A stretch of 64,000 nt of DNA, taken from assembly GCA_973895155.1 (NCBI GenBank), contig OZ316895.1:20412803-20476802 (forward strand), in the 5' to 3' direction. The DNA comes from Marsupella aquatica. Taxonomy: Eukaryota > Plantae > Marchantiophyta. Below, piece after piece: positions 12,716 through 22,673 of the stretch (positions within the stretch are counted from its first letter, which is position 1; each line of letters starts with the position of its first letter). The position numbers and the translations under genes are program-made. The notes below the pieces were generated by a model, which worked only from the letters and a program-made list of their open reading frames with translations, searched no databases and was not told the DNA's origin.

Positions 12716-15700
12716 AGCCGGGGGTATGCCCTGTGCACGTCATCTAGGAGAGCAGATGATGTGTGGATTCTTGATTGTGCTTGCTCTTTTCATATTTGTT
12801 ACATTCGTGAGTTTTTTCAGTTCTTACTCTATTTCAAACGGTTCAGTTCTGATGGGAAATGATCACTCCTGTCAAATTGAGGAAATTGGGTCTGTGAAGA
12901 TTCAAATGTTTGATGGCGCTGTGCGCACAGTGTCCGGAGTCAGGTATGTACCTGGCATGCGTAAGAATCTGATTTCACTCGGTGTGTTGGATTCAAATGG
13001 TCATCAATGGAGCGTTATTGATGGTGAACTTCAAGTCAGGTCGGGAGAGACAGTGATTTTGAAGGGGAGTAGACAAAAGAATTTGTATGTGTTACAGGGC
13101 AATACTGTATGTGGAGAGGCCAATGTAACCAAGTCTCACGAGGAGATGACTCAACTGTGGCATTCACGGCTAGGCCACATGAGTGAGAAGGGTTTGGCTA
13201 TCTTACGGAAGAATGGACTCATTTCTGATTTGCAATCTTGTAAATTAGAGTTTTGTGAGCATTGCATTCTTGGAAAGCAGCGTCGTCGTGCTTTTGGTGT
13301 TGGAACTCATCGTTCCAAAGCGGTTCTTGAGTACATACATAGTGACGTGTGGGGTCCATCCCCGACTCCCTCACACTCTGGAAAGTTGTACTATGTATCA
13401 TTTATTGATGATTACTCAAGATTTGTGTGGATTTATTTCATGACGCATAAGTCTGATGTCTTGTCCATTTTTAAGAAGTGGAAGGCCCAGGTGGAGAATC
13501 AGACTAGAAACACGATCAAGTGTTTGGATACAAGGGTGAAGAGTCTGAGGTCAGACAACAGCGGGGAGTACACTTCAATGGAATTTGAAGAGTACTGTTC
13601 AGAACAGGGGATAACTCGCCATCTCACCACAGTTTATACTCCGCAGCAGAATGGTGTCGCTGAGAGGCTCAATCGGACACTGTTGGAGCGGTCACGGAGT
13701 ATGTTGAGCCAATCAGGTTTACCACAAGAATTTTGGGCAGAAGCTGTCAATACCGCAGCTTATTTGGTAAATCTTTCTCCTTCTAGTGCTATCAATTTCA
13801 AAACGCCGTTTGAGATGCGCTATAAGCGGCAAGCAGACTATCATGGCTTGGTAATTTTTGGAAGTGATGCATATGCTCTCACACCAAAGCAGAATAGGAC
13901 CAAGTTGGATCCTACCTCCAGGAAATGTGTTTTTCTTGGGTACCAGAGTGGTGTGAAAGCCTATAGGCTATGGGATCCTATTGCCTGTAAGCTCGTTGTC
14001 AGTAGGGATGTTTCCTTCAATGAATCCAGATTATTGAAGGAGGGGGAGAATACTCAGGTCTCCCGTACTGACAAAGGAAAATCTCCTATCCCGGATCTCG
14101 TTGAGGGGGAGATTGGTTATGAGGTGCATGACCGGAGAGAAGGAGTTGCTCCAATTATGGAGCTGGTTCCTGTGCCAGAGGAACCAGAGGAGTTTGTTGA
14201 TGCTGGTGAGCAACAAGTGGATGCTGTTGAGCTTCAAATTGTACCAGCACACGCAGATCAACCGGAGTCATCGGCTAGAAGAACATCTGGTCGCACTGTA
14301 CGCGCTCCATCAAGGTATGGACAGTGGGTTGATTCATCTCAACTGCAAGAGGATGATTTTACAGCTGATGATGAGGGTGATGCGTTAATTTTGGAAGAAG
14401 GAGAACCTTCTTCATTTCATGAGGCAAGTGCTTCAAAAGAGAAGCAGAAGTGGACTGCAGCAATGCAAACGGAGATGCAGTCACTAAAGGACAACAAAAC
14501 TTGGGAGCTTGTTAAGCTGCCTAAGGGTCAGCAAGTGGTGGACAGCAAGTGGATTTACAAGCTGAAGGATAATTCCATAGGAGGTGGATCGAAGGTCTAC
14601 AAGGCTAGATTGGTAGCAAAGGGATTCACACAAGAGAAAGGTGTGGATTACAATGAGGTCTTCTCACCAGTTGCTAAGTACTCTACAATACGACTATTGT
14701 GTGTACTTGTTGTAATGTTTGGTCTGCTCCTAGATCAGATGGATGTTGTCACAGCTTTCCTCTATGGCACATTGGAAGAGGTGATCTTCATGAGACAACC
14801 GCTAGGTTTTGTGAAGAGAGGACAGGAGGAATTGGTTTGCAGATTGTTGAAATCCTTGTATGGGTTGAAGCAGTCACCAAGACAGTGGAACAAGCGGTTT
14901 GACGATTGGATTCGGTCACAAGGTTTTCACAGAAGTGTATTTGACCCTTGTGTGTATTTGAAACCGGTGAAGAATATTGTCTTTGGGTTCATTGTTTTAG
15001 TACTTTATGTGGATGACATGCTAATTGCAGCCAAGGATAGGTCTGAGATTGTTAAGCTCAAGGCACTGCTTAGTGCAGAGTTTAAGATGAAGGACTTAGG
15101 GCCAGCTAAGAGGATTTTGGGTATGGAGATCACTAGGGACTTGGAGGCTGGCAAGCTATGGTTGACGCAGAGCAGTTATGCAAGGAAGGTAATTGCAAGG
15201 TTCAACATGGAGAATAGCAAGCCAGTAAGTACCCCGTTGGCTCCACACTTCAAGTTATCATCAGCGTTCTGTCCTACGGATGACACAGAGAAGGGGTTGA
15301 TGTCAAAGGTTCCATATGACAAGGCAGTGGGGAGTCTCATGTATTTGATGACTTGCACTAGACCTGATCTTGCCATGGCTATGGGCAAGGTGAGCAGGTA
15401 CATGTCGAATCCAGGGAAGGTACACTGGGAAGCAGTGAAGTGGATTATCAGGTACTTGAAGGGTACCGTGGATCATGGTCTTTTATTTGATGCGAATGCA
15501 AAGAATGCTAGATCATTGATTGGCTATGTAGATTCTGACTATGGACAAGATTTGGACCGAAGGAGATCAACAACAGGATACGTGTTCACACTTGGCGGTG
15601 GATGCATAAGTTGGAGGTCTACTTTGCAGAAGTGTATTGCTCAGTCTACTACAGAAGCGGAGTATGTTGCAGCTGCGGAAGCAGCAAAGGAAGCGATTTG

Positions 15701-15989
15701 GTTGGATAGACTTATCACCGAAATGGGATTGCCACAGGGGAATGTGAAGCTCCATTGTGATAGTCAAAGTACGCTCCACCTTGCTGTGAACTAGGTGATG
15801 GACAGCAGAGTGAAGCACATTGACGTCAGGTACCATTTTATCAGGCAGACTGTGTCTGATAATTTGTTTGAGCTAGTCAAGATTGATGGTAAACTCAACC
15901 CGGCTGACGCATTTACCAAAGTGATTCCTTTGGAGAGTTTCTCTAGACACCGTGACGTATTGCAGGTTTTGCAATTGCATCACAAGTAG
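12716..15989 (+). pseudogene. Copia Pol (protease, integrase, reverse transcriptase, RNase H), disrupted
   Basis: Protease WILDCACSFHIC lies in the gag frame after the TGA, and an extra T in the T6 run at ~12812-12817 then shifts the frame. Integrase WHSRLGH...CEHC, LRSDNSGEY and QQNGVAERLNRT; RT LYVDDML; RNase H YVDSDYG, STTEAEY. Premature TAG at 15792-15794 before VMDSRVKHID. Confidence 0.93.
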
Positions 15990-16169
15990 AGTTTTCTTAA
16001 ACATTCATTGTAATTACTGATATATGCTCTTCCTCATTCCTATGTATTAGGCTACGGCTTAGTTCTGGTTTGCTCTAGTTAGAGAGGGAAACCGGTTTGG
16101 TTTCTGTCCAGAACTTCCCGCTGAGGGATCATATACATTGGCAGTATTACTCTCCCCTAGACCAGAGTC

Positions 16170-16179
16170 AAGGGGAAGA
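16170..16179 (+). promoter_or_regulatory. Polypurine tract
   Basis: AAGGGGAAGA immediately upstream of the 3' LTR. Confidence 0.9.
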
Positions 16180-16180
16180 T

Positions 16181-16637
16181 TGTTGGGTATTTACTCTTAC
16201 GTCTAGGTTAGGTATGACGTGGTTGGTACAACAACGTGGGTTGGTACAACTACGTGGTTAGGTACAACTACGTGATTAGGTACAACTATGTGGTTAGGTA
16301 CAACTACGTGATTAGGTACAACTATGTGGTTAGGTACAACTACGTGATTAGGTACAACTATGTGGTTAGGTACAACTAAGTTGCACACTATATCATAAGA
16401 GGCATGTGTGCTTGGAGAGGTAGAACCAAGGCTCATTGTTATGGAGCCACTTGAGAGATAGGGAGAGCTTACACTGTGGAGACTCGGTATAGCCGACGGG
16501 CTTAGAGTTCAGTAAAGCTCTCTTGTGTGTTCCCGTGGACGTAGCCTCAAGGAGGTGAACCACGTATCTCTTGTGTCGACTATTGTGCGTTGGATGGTTC
16601 CTGGGCTTGCCGTTGCGATCGTCGTCTATGCTCAACA
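16181..16637 (+). repeat. 3' LTR (457 bp) with a 9-unit 18-bp array at 16219-16379
   Basis: TGTTGGG...CTCAACA followed by TSD CGTGC. Confidence 0.97.
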
Positions 16638-17879
16638 CGTGCTATCCTCATCCGGGTCCTCTTCTATAGTGGTTTTGGCTATAGGTTCAGACGGTGGTTC
16701 CTTCGCGAGACTCCCCAAGATGGTAGTTGCAATCCTCCGTATTTCCATGGTGAAGGGTGGCCTGGATTCTTCAGTTTCCGGAGAGGGCCGGGAGGAGCCC
16801 TTCTGACCTGGCCAAGAGGAAGGACACCATCAAATGAACGCTTCCTCCAGACTTCACACTTTTAGGATCCATGGCCAACGTTTTCTTCAGCCCAAAGTAC
16901 CACCATCCGTAAGTGTGACTTGGGTGAGGTTTGATGTCATTGGCAATAGCCAATTGATCTCCACCCACCATTCCAGATTTCCCGCGGCCAAGCACCCGTT
17001 GGTGTATCTTGGTCACCAACCCCTTGAAGGCTGGTTCCTTGAATGATGAAAGGGGAATGTTGGTCACGGAGGTGGGATGATCTCTCACAACCCCAACTAG
17101 CTGCTCCAACATAAGTATCTCTGGTTGCTCCGTTGGCTGAAAAGTGAAATCCTGGTTGTCTAGGAACAATAGCTTGGCCAGCTCCGTATTGGGAATCAAT
17201 TTCTGTGTGCAATGAAAGTATATCCCCTCCGTACGGAACTCTAATCCTGCCTCCACGTTCCAAGTTCTACCTTGGGGAATCTTGATCTCTACCCGCATGA
17301 AATTGGTGAGACCCGTGGCCTGAAAAATTTCCTTGCATTCCTCCATCATCTTGGTAGAAGTCCGGGGGTAGACTCTTCGGAAAACCCTCCTCTCAACGGA
17401 TGCATTACGGGGGTCTGGTCCGGTACTCATGGTTGTATGTCTCTCTTCCTTCTCTTCAGCAATTCGTGACGCAATGTAATCCCGGTAAGCGGCCTTGTAC
17501 CTATGAATACGAGCCGCACTGAACTCAGGCTGGTCAAGCATCCATACTCCAGAAAAATCCCCGGATCACGAAATCCTGTCACAAAAACCAGGTAGCAAAA
17601 TTCACACCCTAGCCCGAACGGCCCCCATAACACGATCTCAAGTCCACTCTGCTTTCCCTTAGCCAACATGCCCGTCCCGGATGCCCAAACTCAAGAACCC
17701 CCAAGCTCCAACAATCACCCAAGAGAGCGTTGACAAGGAAAAGAGTTGCAAGAGAGAGAGAGAGCTCAAAAAAAATGGGAGGAATTGCTCCCAAGGCAAA
17801 GTGCTTTCGGCAATGGAAAAAAACGAGGGAGCAAGAAAGAAAAATGAGAAGGAAAAACTCCAAGCCTCCCTCTTAAACT

Positions 17880-18700
17880 CCAGGCTCACGGCATGCCCGG
17901 CTTGCCCCTCGTTTCCCGGCTCGCCTCCCTATGGAGGCTTGCCCCCATTCACTCTTGCGGCCTCCCCGCCTCGTCACCTGGTCACCGGGGCAACCCATGC
18001 CCGGCTTGCCTCCCTATGGAGGGAGCTTGCCCCGCTGGCACTCGCGCCTCCCGGCTAACGGGAGCATTTTAATGCCCCCCTCTCTCCGTCCTCACGCAGC
18101 CCTATGCCGGGCTCGCGGCCGGCCCTCGTTCGTTCTTCGCCCGGCAGCCCCTTTCGCGCGGCCAGCTTTGCCCCGCGCCCCGGCCATACCTCTTGGCTGC
18201 CACTCCCGGGGTCACTCCCGGCTTGCCACTCCCGGGGTCACACTCCCTCCTGGCTCGCCACTCCCGGCTTGCCTTGTGCGCCCCAGCTACCTTGCTGCGC
18301 TCGCGGCTTCAGCCCCCCGTGCTCCCTCATTGCACACGGCCCTATGCAGGGTGCGCCTCAACCTGCCACACGGCTGCCTTGTTACTCGCGCCCCGGCCCA
18401 TCCTGCGGCTGCCTCGTTGCATGCGGCCCTACCTCGTTGCACGCGCTTGTTTTGGGGGGATTTAACCCCCCTTTTATTTTTTTCTTCCCGGCTTGCCCCT
18501 CTTTGGCCCCGGCTCATCCTCGGCTCGCCCTTGCAGCTCGCCCCGGCCTCCACGCCTTCGCTCCTGCACCCCGGCAGTCTCTTCCTCCGCCTTCCCCGCC
18601 CGGCTCGCGGCAGCTTGCTGCAGCATCCGCCTGGTAGCACGCGGATTCCCGGAAGCTTCCTGCTGCCGGGTCCAACACAACCCCCCCCCCCCCCTTTTCT
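17880..18700. repeat. GC-rich low-complexity tract of short degenerate repeats
   Basis: Recurrent CCCGGCTTGCC, CACTCCCGGGGT and CCTATG motifs. These produce many overlapping spurious ORFs. Confidence 0.7.
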
Positions 18701-19248
18701 TGCTCCTTGTTACAAAGGGGTCCTTTTTGTTTTGTTTATACCCCCCTTTTCCCTAAAAATTAAAGTCCCTCCCCTTAGACCTTGCTATAATTGGGGTCTC
18801 AAAAATAGCCCAAGTTAAATGGTAAATCCTACAAAATTTTGTCCGCTTAGGTTGCCGTAAACCTTAGAACTATTATGAGAGAAAAATAAGTAAAAGTCCT
18901 CCGGGGCATTACCAACTTATAATGACGGAATTAACTAAAAAAAAACGGCTTATTTACAATGGTTATTTACATGGCACAACCCCAATAAACAATTATCGAG
19001 GATTTTCAGTGACGGGAACCCCGTCACAAAAATCATAGTCACTTTCAACATGCACAATTTGCATATAACACTTGCTGATGCAACATATGCTTTGACAAGT
19101 TACATTAGTCAATATTATGGAAACTGGAAATTATACTCTGGTGTTATATTGTAGGGGTGAGTTAAACACGAGTCAAGATTATGAAAAATGAAACTCAACA
19201 TACACAGAAATGGTGGAAGTGTGCAAAGCCCATCTCCCAAACTTAATG

Positions 19249-19590
19249 TGTTAGGAATTATTTTTAGGTCTAGAGTTACGATTGTACCGTAATTAAGGCT
19301 AACCTAAGTCGTAGACTTGGTTAGGTTAGTCATGCTATGCACACTCTATACCAAGCGGTGTTTGCTTGGAGAGTGGGAACTTAGGCTCATTATTACAGAG
19401 CTAGTTGAGAGATAGAGAGAGCTTGCGCTGTGGATGCTTGGTATGGCCGGTCAGCCGAGAGTGCAATAAAGCTCTTGTGTTCCTGTGGACGTAGCCTCAT
19501 GTGGAGGTGAACCACGTATCTCTGTGTGTCGACTTTTGTGCATTGGATGGTTCATGGGCTTGCCGTTGCAATTGTAGTCTATGCTCAACA
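19249..19590 (+). mobile_element. Copia solo LTR (342 bp), related family
   Basis: TGTTAGG...CTCAACA with TSD TAATG (19244-19248, 19591-19595). The 3' ~250 bp is homologous to the LTRs of 10105-16637. No PBS or PPT adjacent. Confidence 0.92.
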
Positions 19591-21662
19591 TAATGTGGCT
19601 TAGATAGAACAAAATATGTGAACTCTAATTGGTGTTTTTTAAAGAGGGAAACCCCTTCCCGGTGAATGGTAAAGTGGTTGTGATAGAGGTAATTTTTACT
19701 AGATTCAACGATGATTCTGCCACTTCAATACATTCCCAGCTAAAAATATAATATTTTTAAGACAGTTTGATGGTGTCATTGGTTATCATGTTATTTTCAC
19801 GTTGCCAAATCTTCAAAGCCTCGTTTTTCTTAAGAAGGGAGTGGATGATTGGTAGTGCTCTGTTTGGATGGGTCCCGCTTGCCTGTTTATTTTCTAAGGG
19901 TTGGGGTGACGTGTTGCTTTATTCCTTTCTCACAGTTCTCAATGCATTTTAGTTTTCCCCTAACCTTCTTTCTTTTTCCAACAAAATAAGGCACAATAAA
20001 GACGGTTAGGGGAGAAGGTCGAGGTGTTTTGTCTTACATCCACTATCGTTACTGGACTGGTGAAAGCTTGTTGATCTTTGTGCCCTTCGCTTTTAGCACC
20101 AAAAATAAAATCACGGGCAGGCCATGACAAAGGGATCTGGTCACAATAGGCTGAACCAATACCTAGAGTTCATATGAACCTCGGTTTTCACTGGAACCTG
20201 GAGCCTGTCACAAAGAGGGTTGAGGGCAGACACAAAGAGGGTGAGGGTGAAAACTTCCAGAGTTACAAAAAGATATTGGTTTGAAGTCAAGGTAGACTTC
20301 ATTTGAGATGTTGCTTGAGTGGTATCCTGCTGGCTCGAGCTTTTGGCTGGGAGCCATCAGGTCTGCCATTCAAAACCTGTATCCCCGTCTACGGACCTTG
20401 GGCAACCACCTATTCTGTGGCTCAAAACGTGAGTATCAACTTCTGCATTTTGGGCAGTGTAAAACAAATTAGTAACCCTTTGAGAGTGGGAACCATGTTG
20501 GGAACCCAGTTTCTTGCTAAGGGTTTCATATGTTTCTACAATATGTTCTGACAGTACATTTTGGGCCTAAACTGGCAAAACTTTGATGGACTTAGGGTAT
20601 TTCAGTCCACCCAAGTTTTGCCAGTTTAGGGTACAGATATACAAAGTGGAGGTCCATCCTGGTTTTAGTGTCCTCCCTCCCTTTTCTGTATATATGCACA
20701 TTATAAAATTAAAACTACAGCGGAGGGAATCCTTTGCCACTCTTCAGTATTGCTCCTGTACGTACATTTACATGTCCTTTCGTTTTGCCACTGTTTCCTC
20801 AAACCACATGCAGGTTTGCCCGATGACCCCTTGGATGACCCCCCTTTTGGGAGATCTAAGGATACCCAAAGAACTCTTGTAATTGGATGTTAACACTAGT
20901 TATTATGTGACCCTTACACATGCATATGTACATACACGGGGAATTCTATGTGTCCTGGCTTATTTTGGAACCATCTACCAAGCAAAAAAATAGACAATGA
21001 TTGTATACCAACATACCAAAATGTTACAAAAAAATCTTGCAAAACAGACTTCTGCCAGATTTGGTTGGTTTGATACCTGACATGTTCGATGCAACCCTTA
21101 TTTGTTGAAAAGTAAGTATTGTTGGAACTAACTTGAAGAAAACATACAAATGGTTTTTTTTTCCATAAAACCCGCAAAAACCCACGGGAAGGGAGGCCAA
21201 AGGAGGCAACAAAAGAACCCAACAGGCAGAGGCCAAGACCAAAACAAGAAGTCCTTCAAGGGAAGTCAGAAACCTGAGAAGGAGCTGCCTAGTCAGACTA
21301 TGAGGGGCCTCAAACATACCAAAGAATCAAAATCTGCACGTCCAACAGATGACAAGGCACAATCACAGCCATCTATCTGAACACATAACTGCATAAAAGC
21401 ATGTCATGCTAATCAACCCAAATCTGTCAAACTCATGCTAGAGCAACAAATTTTCTCCTCAACATAACCCCACCATTACACTCCTCAACAAGGTCCTCAA
21501 CCTAACACCACCACTAGACAGGAGAGCCATCAGAGTCCTTCAGTCACACCTCCTCTTTAACCCACAGATGCCATGTGTGCTTCCAGCCCTGTCACGCACC
21601 AGGATTCCTTTGAATTCCGAAAGAGCATTCCTAAAATAACTATCCTAACTCCTATCAGGACC

Positions 21663-21949
21663 CTCGGGGGGTTGACTATCAACAATCTTAGGAACCACGT
21701 GCGATCCAAAATAGGTATTTTTCATATAAATTAGCTAAATTTTTAAAAAGCATAGAAAGCAAAAGAAGGTATTATAAACCTATATTTGTAGAATATTCTT
21801 TAATATATACCTTTTATAAAGTAAAATAGGTCATTAGTATTGAAAATAGAGAATATTTTTAGAATATTCCAATTATAAAATAGATGTGTTTATATTAGGC
21901 TAGGATCGCACGTGGTACCCCAAAATATACACTAAGTTAACCCCCCGAG
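21663..21949. mobile_element. MITE (287 bp) with an 8-bp TSD, hAT-like
   Basis: TIRs CTCGGGGGGTTGACT / AGTTAACCCCCCGAG, a second inverted pair ACCACGTGCGATCC / GGATCGCACGTGGT, and an AT-rich core. Flanks are TCAGGACC and TCAGAACC (1 mismatch). Confidence 0.8.
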
Positions 21950-22673
21950 TCAGAACCTTGCAAGCCCGTATATATACCCGAACATTGTTTCACAACAACC
22001 TTTCAGCGGACCACTGCAACCTTTCAATCCCCGAACAAGATCCACAACATATTCTCCTCATACAGAGAAACCAGGAGCTAGGCAAACATCGAGCTCACCC
22101 CACATTCTAATTCCAAGCCCAAATGAGTCAGTCTACAAGATCCATCAAGACTCCATTAGCCAGCTTCATGCTCCCCTACTGGGGTCACCAATTACCCTCA
22201 AGCACTCTCCTTTCAGAAAGATTAATAGTCCCAATTTAATAGTCCCTAGTGCCATTTACCTTCATCACTATCTCTTCAGTTCAAAATCTCCTTTAACCTA
22301 CTTCAACCCACCTGAATTCAGAACTAAATAGAGGCAATCACCTACGCCCAGAACATTGTGTGTTCAAGATGACAAATACTCCTCCAATTGAAAAACCATG
22401 GCACGTTTCAAGAAGAAACTTGGGTCCCTGTCTGAAACACTCCAAGTTTCCTCCACGCATAGAATCCTCTAAGCCCTAGATGCCAGAACCATTCACAATC
22501 CTATTGATTTCCATAGTGTTCTGCCTTAGTTTCACCCAATCTCGGTTCACCAGCAAACATCTCCAATTCATGTGCCGGTTCTCAGAATTGTCTGAAGGAG
22601 AGGGAGTAATCCTGATGTGACTCTTCCTCTGACTAGGGAGGAGAAAGAGGAGACAGTCAGATTATTAAGCAAT

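Larger units (their letters stand above)
10105..16637 (+). mobile_element. Full-length Ty1/copia LTR retrotransposon (coding region mutated)
   Basis: Two TG...CA LTRs (10105-10525, 16181-16637), 5-bp TSD CGTGC (10100-10104, 16638-16642), PBS, PPT, and gag-PR-IN-RT-RH order. Confidence 0.98.
9258..17541 (-). pseudogene. Degenerate TE-borne ORF (~580 codons; globular N-terminal part, C-terminal coiled coil), split by the copia insertion
   Basis: ORF-track pieces 16771-17541 and 9258-9980 are joined by a frame that reads straight through the empty site (EPIAKTTIEEDPDEDST|VEWMESLVGNLEEPL). Joining needs one frameshift near 16780 and one near 9983. Confidence 0.7.
7934..19028 (-). mobile_element. 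Candidate host LTR-type element or very large solo LTR (~4.56 kb once the nested copia is removed), carrying a degenerate ORF
   Basis: Termini TGTCAC (7934) and GTCACA (19028), flanked by AAAAT at 7929-7933 and 19029-19033. The interior has a GC-rich repeat tract and a minus-strand ORF. The TSD is low-complexity, so the boundaries are tentative. Confidence 0.4.

Noticed and set aside
12606-12815. N-terminus of the 1062-aa ORF as a real Pol start
   Set aside because: The protease motif is in the gag frame. The long ORF becomes Pol-like only after the T-run frameshift.
10127-16436. Regular 18-bp array as a CRISPR, and its VVPNH-repeat ORFs (10127-10324, 16203-16436) as proteins
   Set aside because: There are no unique spacers and no cas genes. 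These are head-to-tail repeats inside LTRs, and the ORFs are antisense by-products.
17681-18818. Overlapping Pro/Ala/Arg-rich ORFs up to 295 aa
   Set aside because: Expected in stop-poor, GC-rich repeat DNA; open in several frames on both strands, with no motifs.
18895-18914. Minus-strand TGGTAATGCCCCGG as a PBS
   Set aside because: I cannot match it to a tRNA 3' end, and it does not follow a CA LTR terminus.
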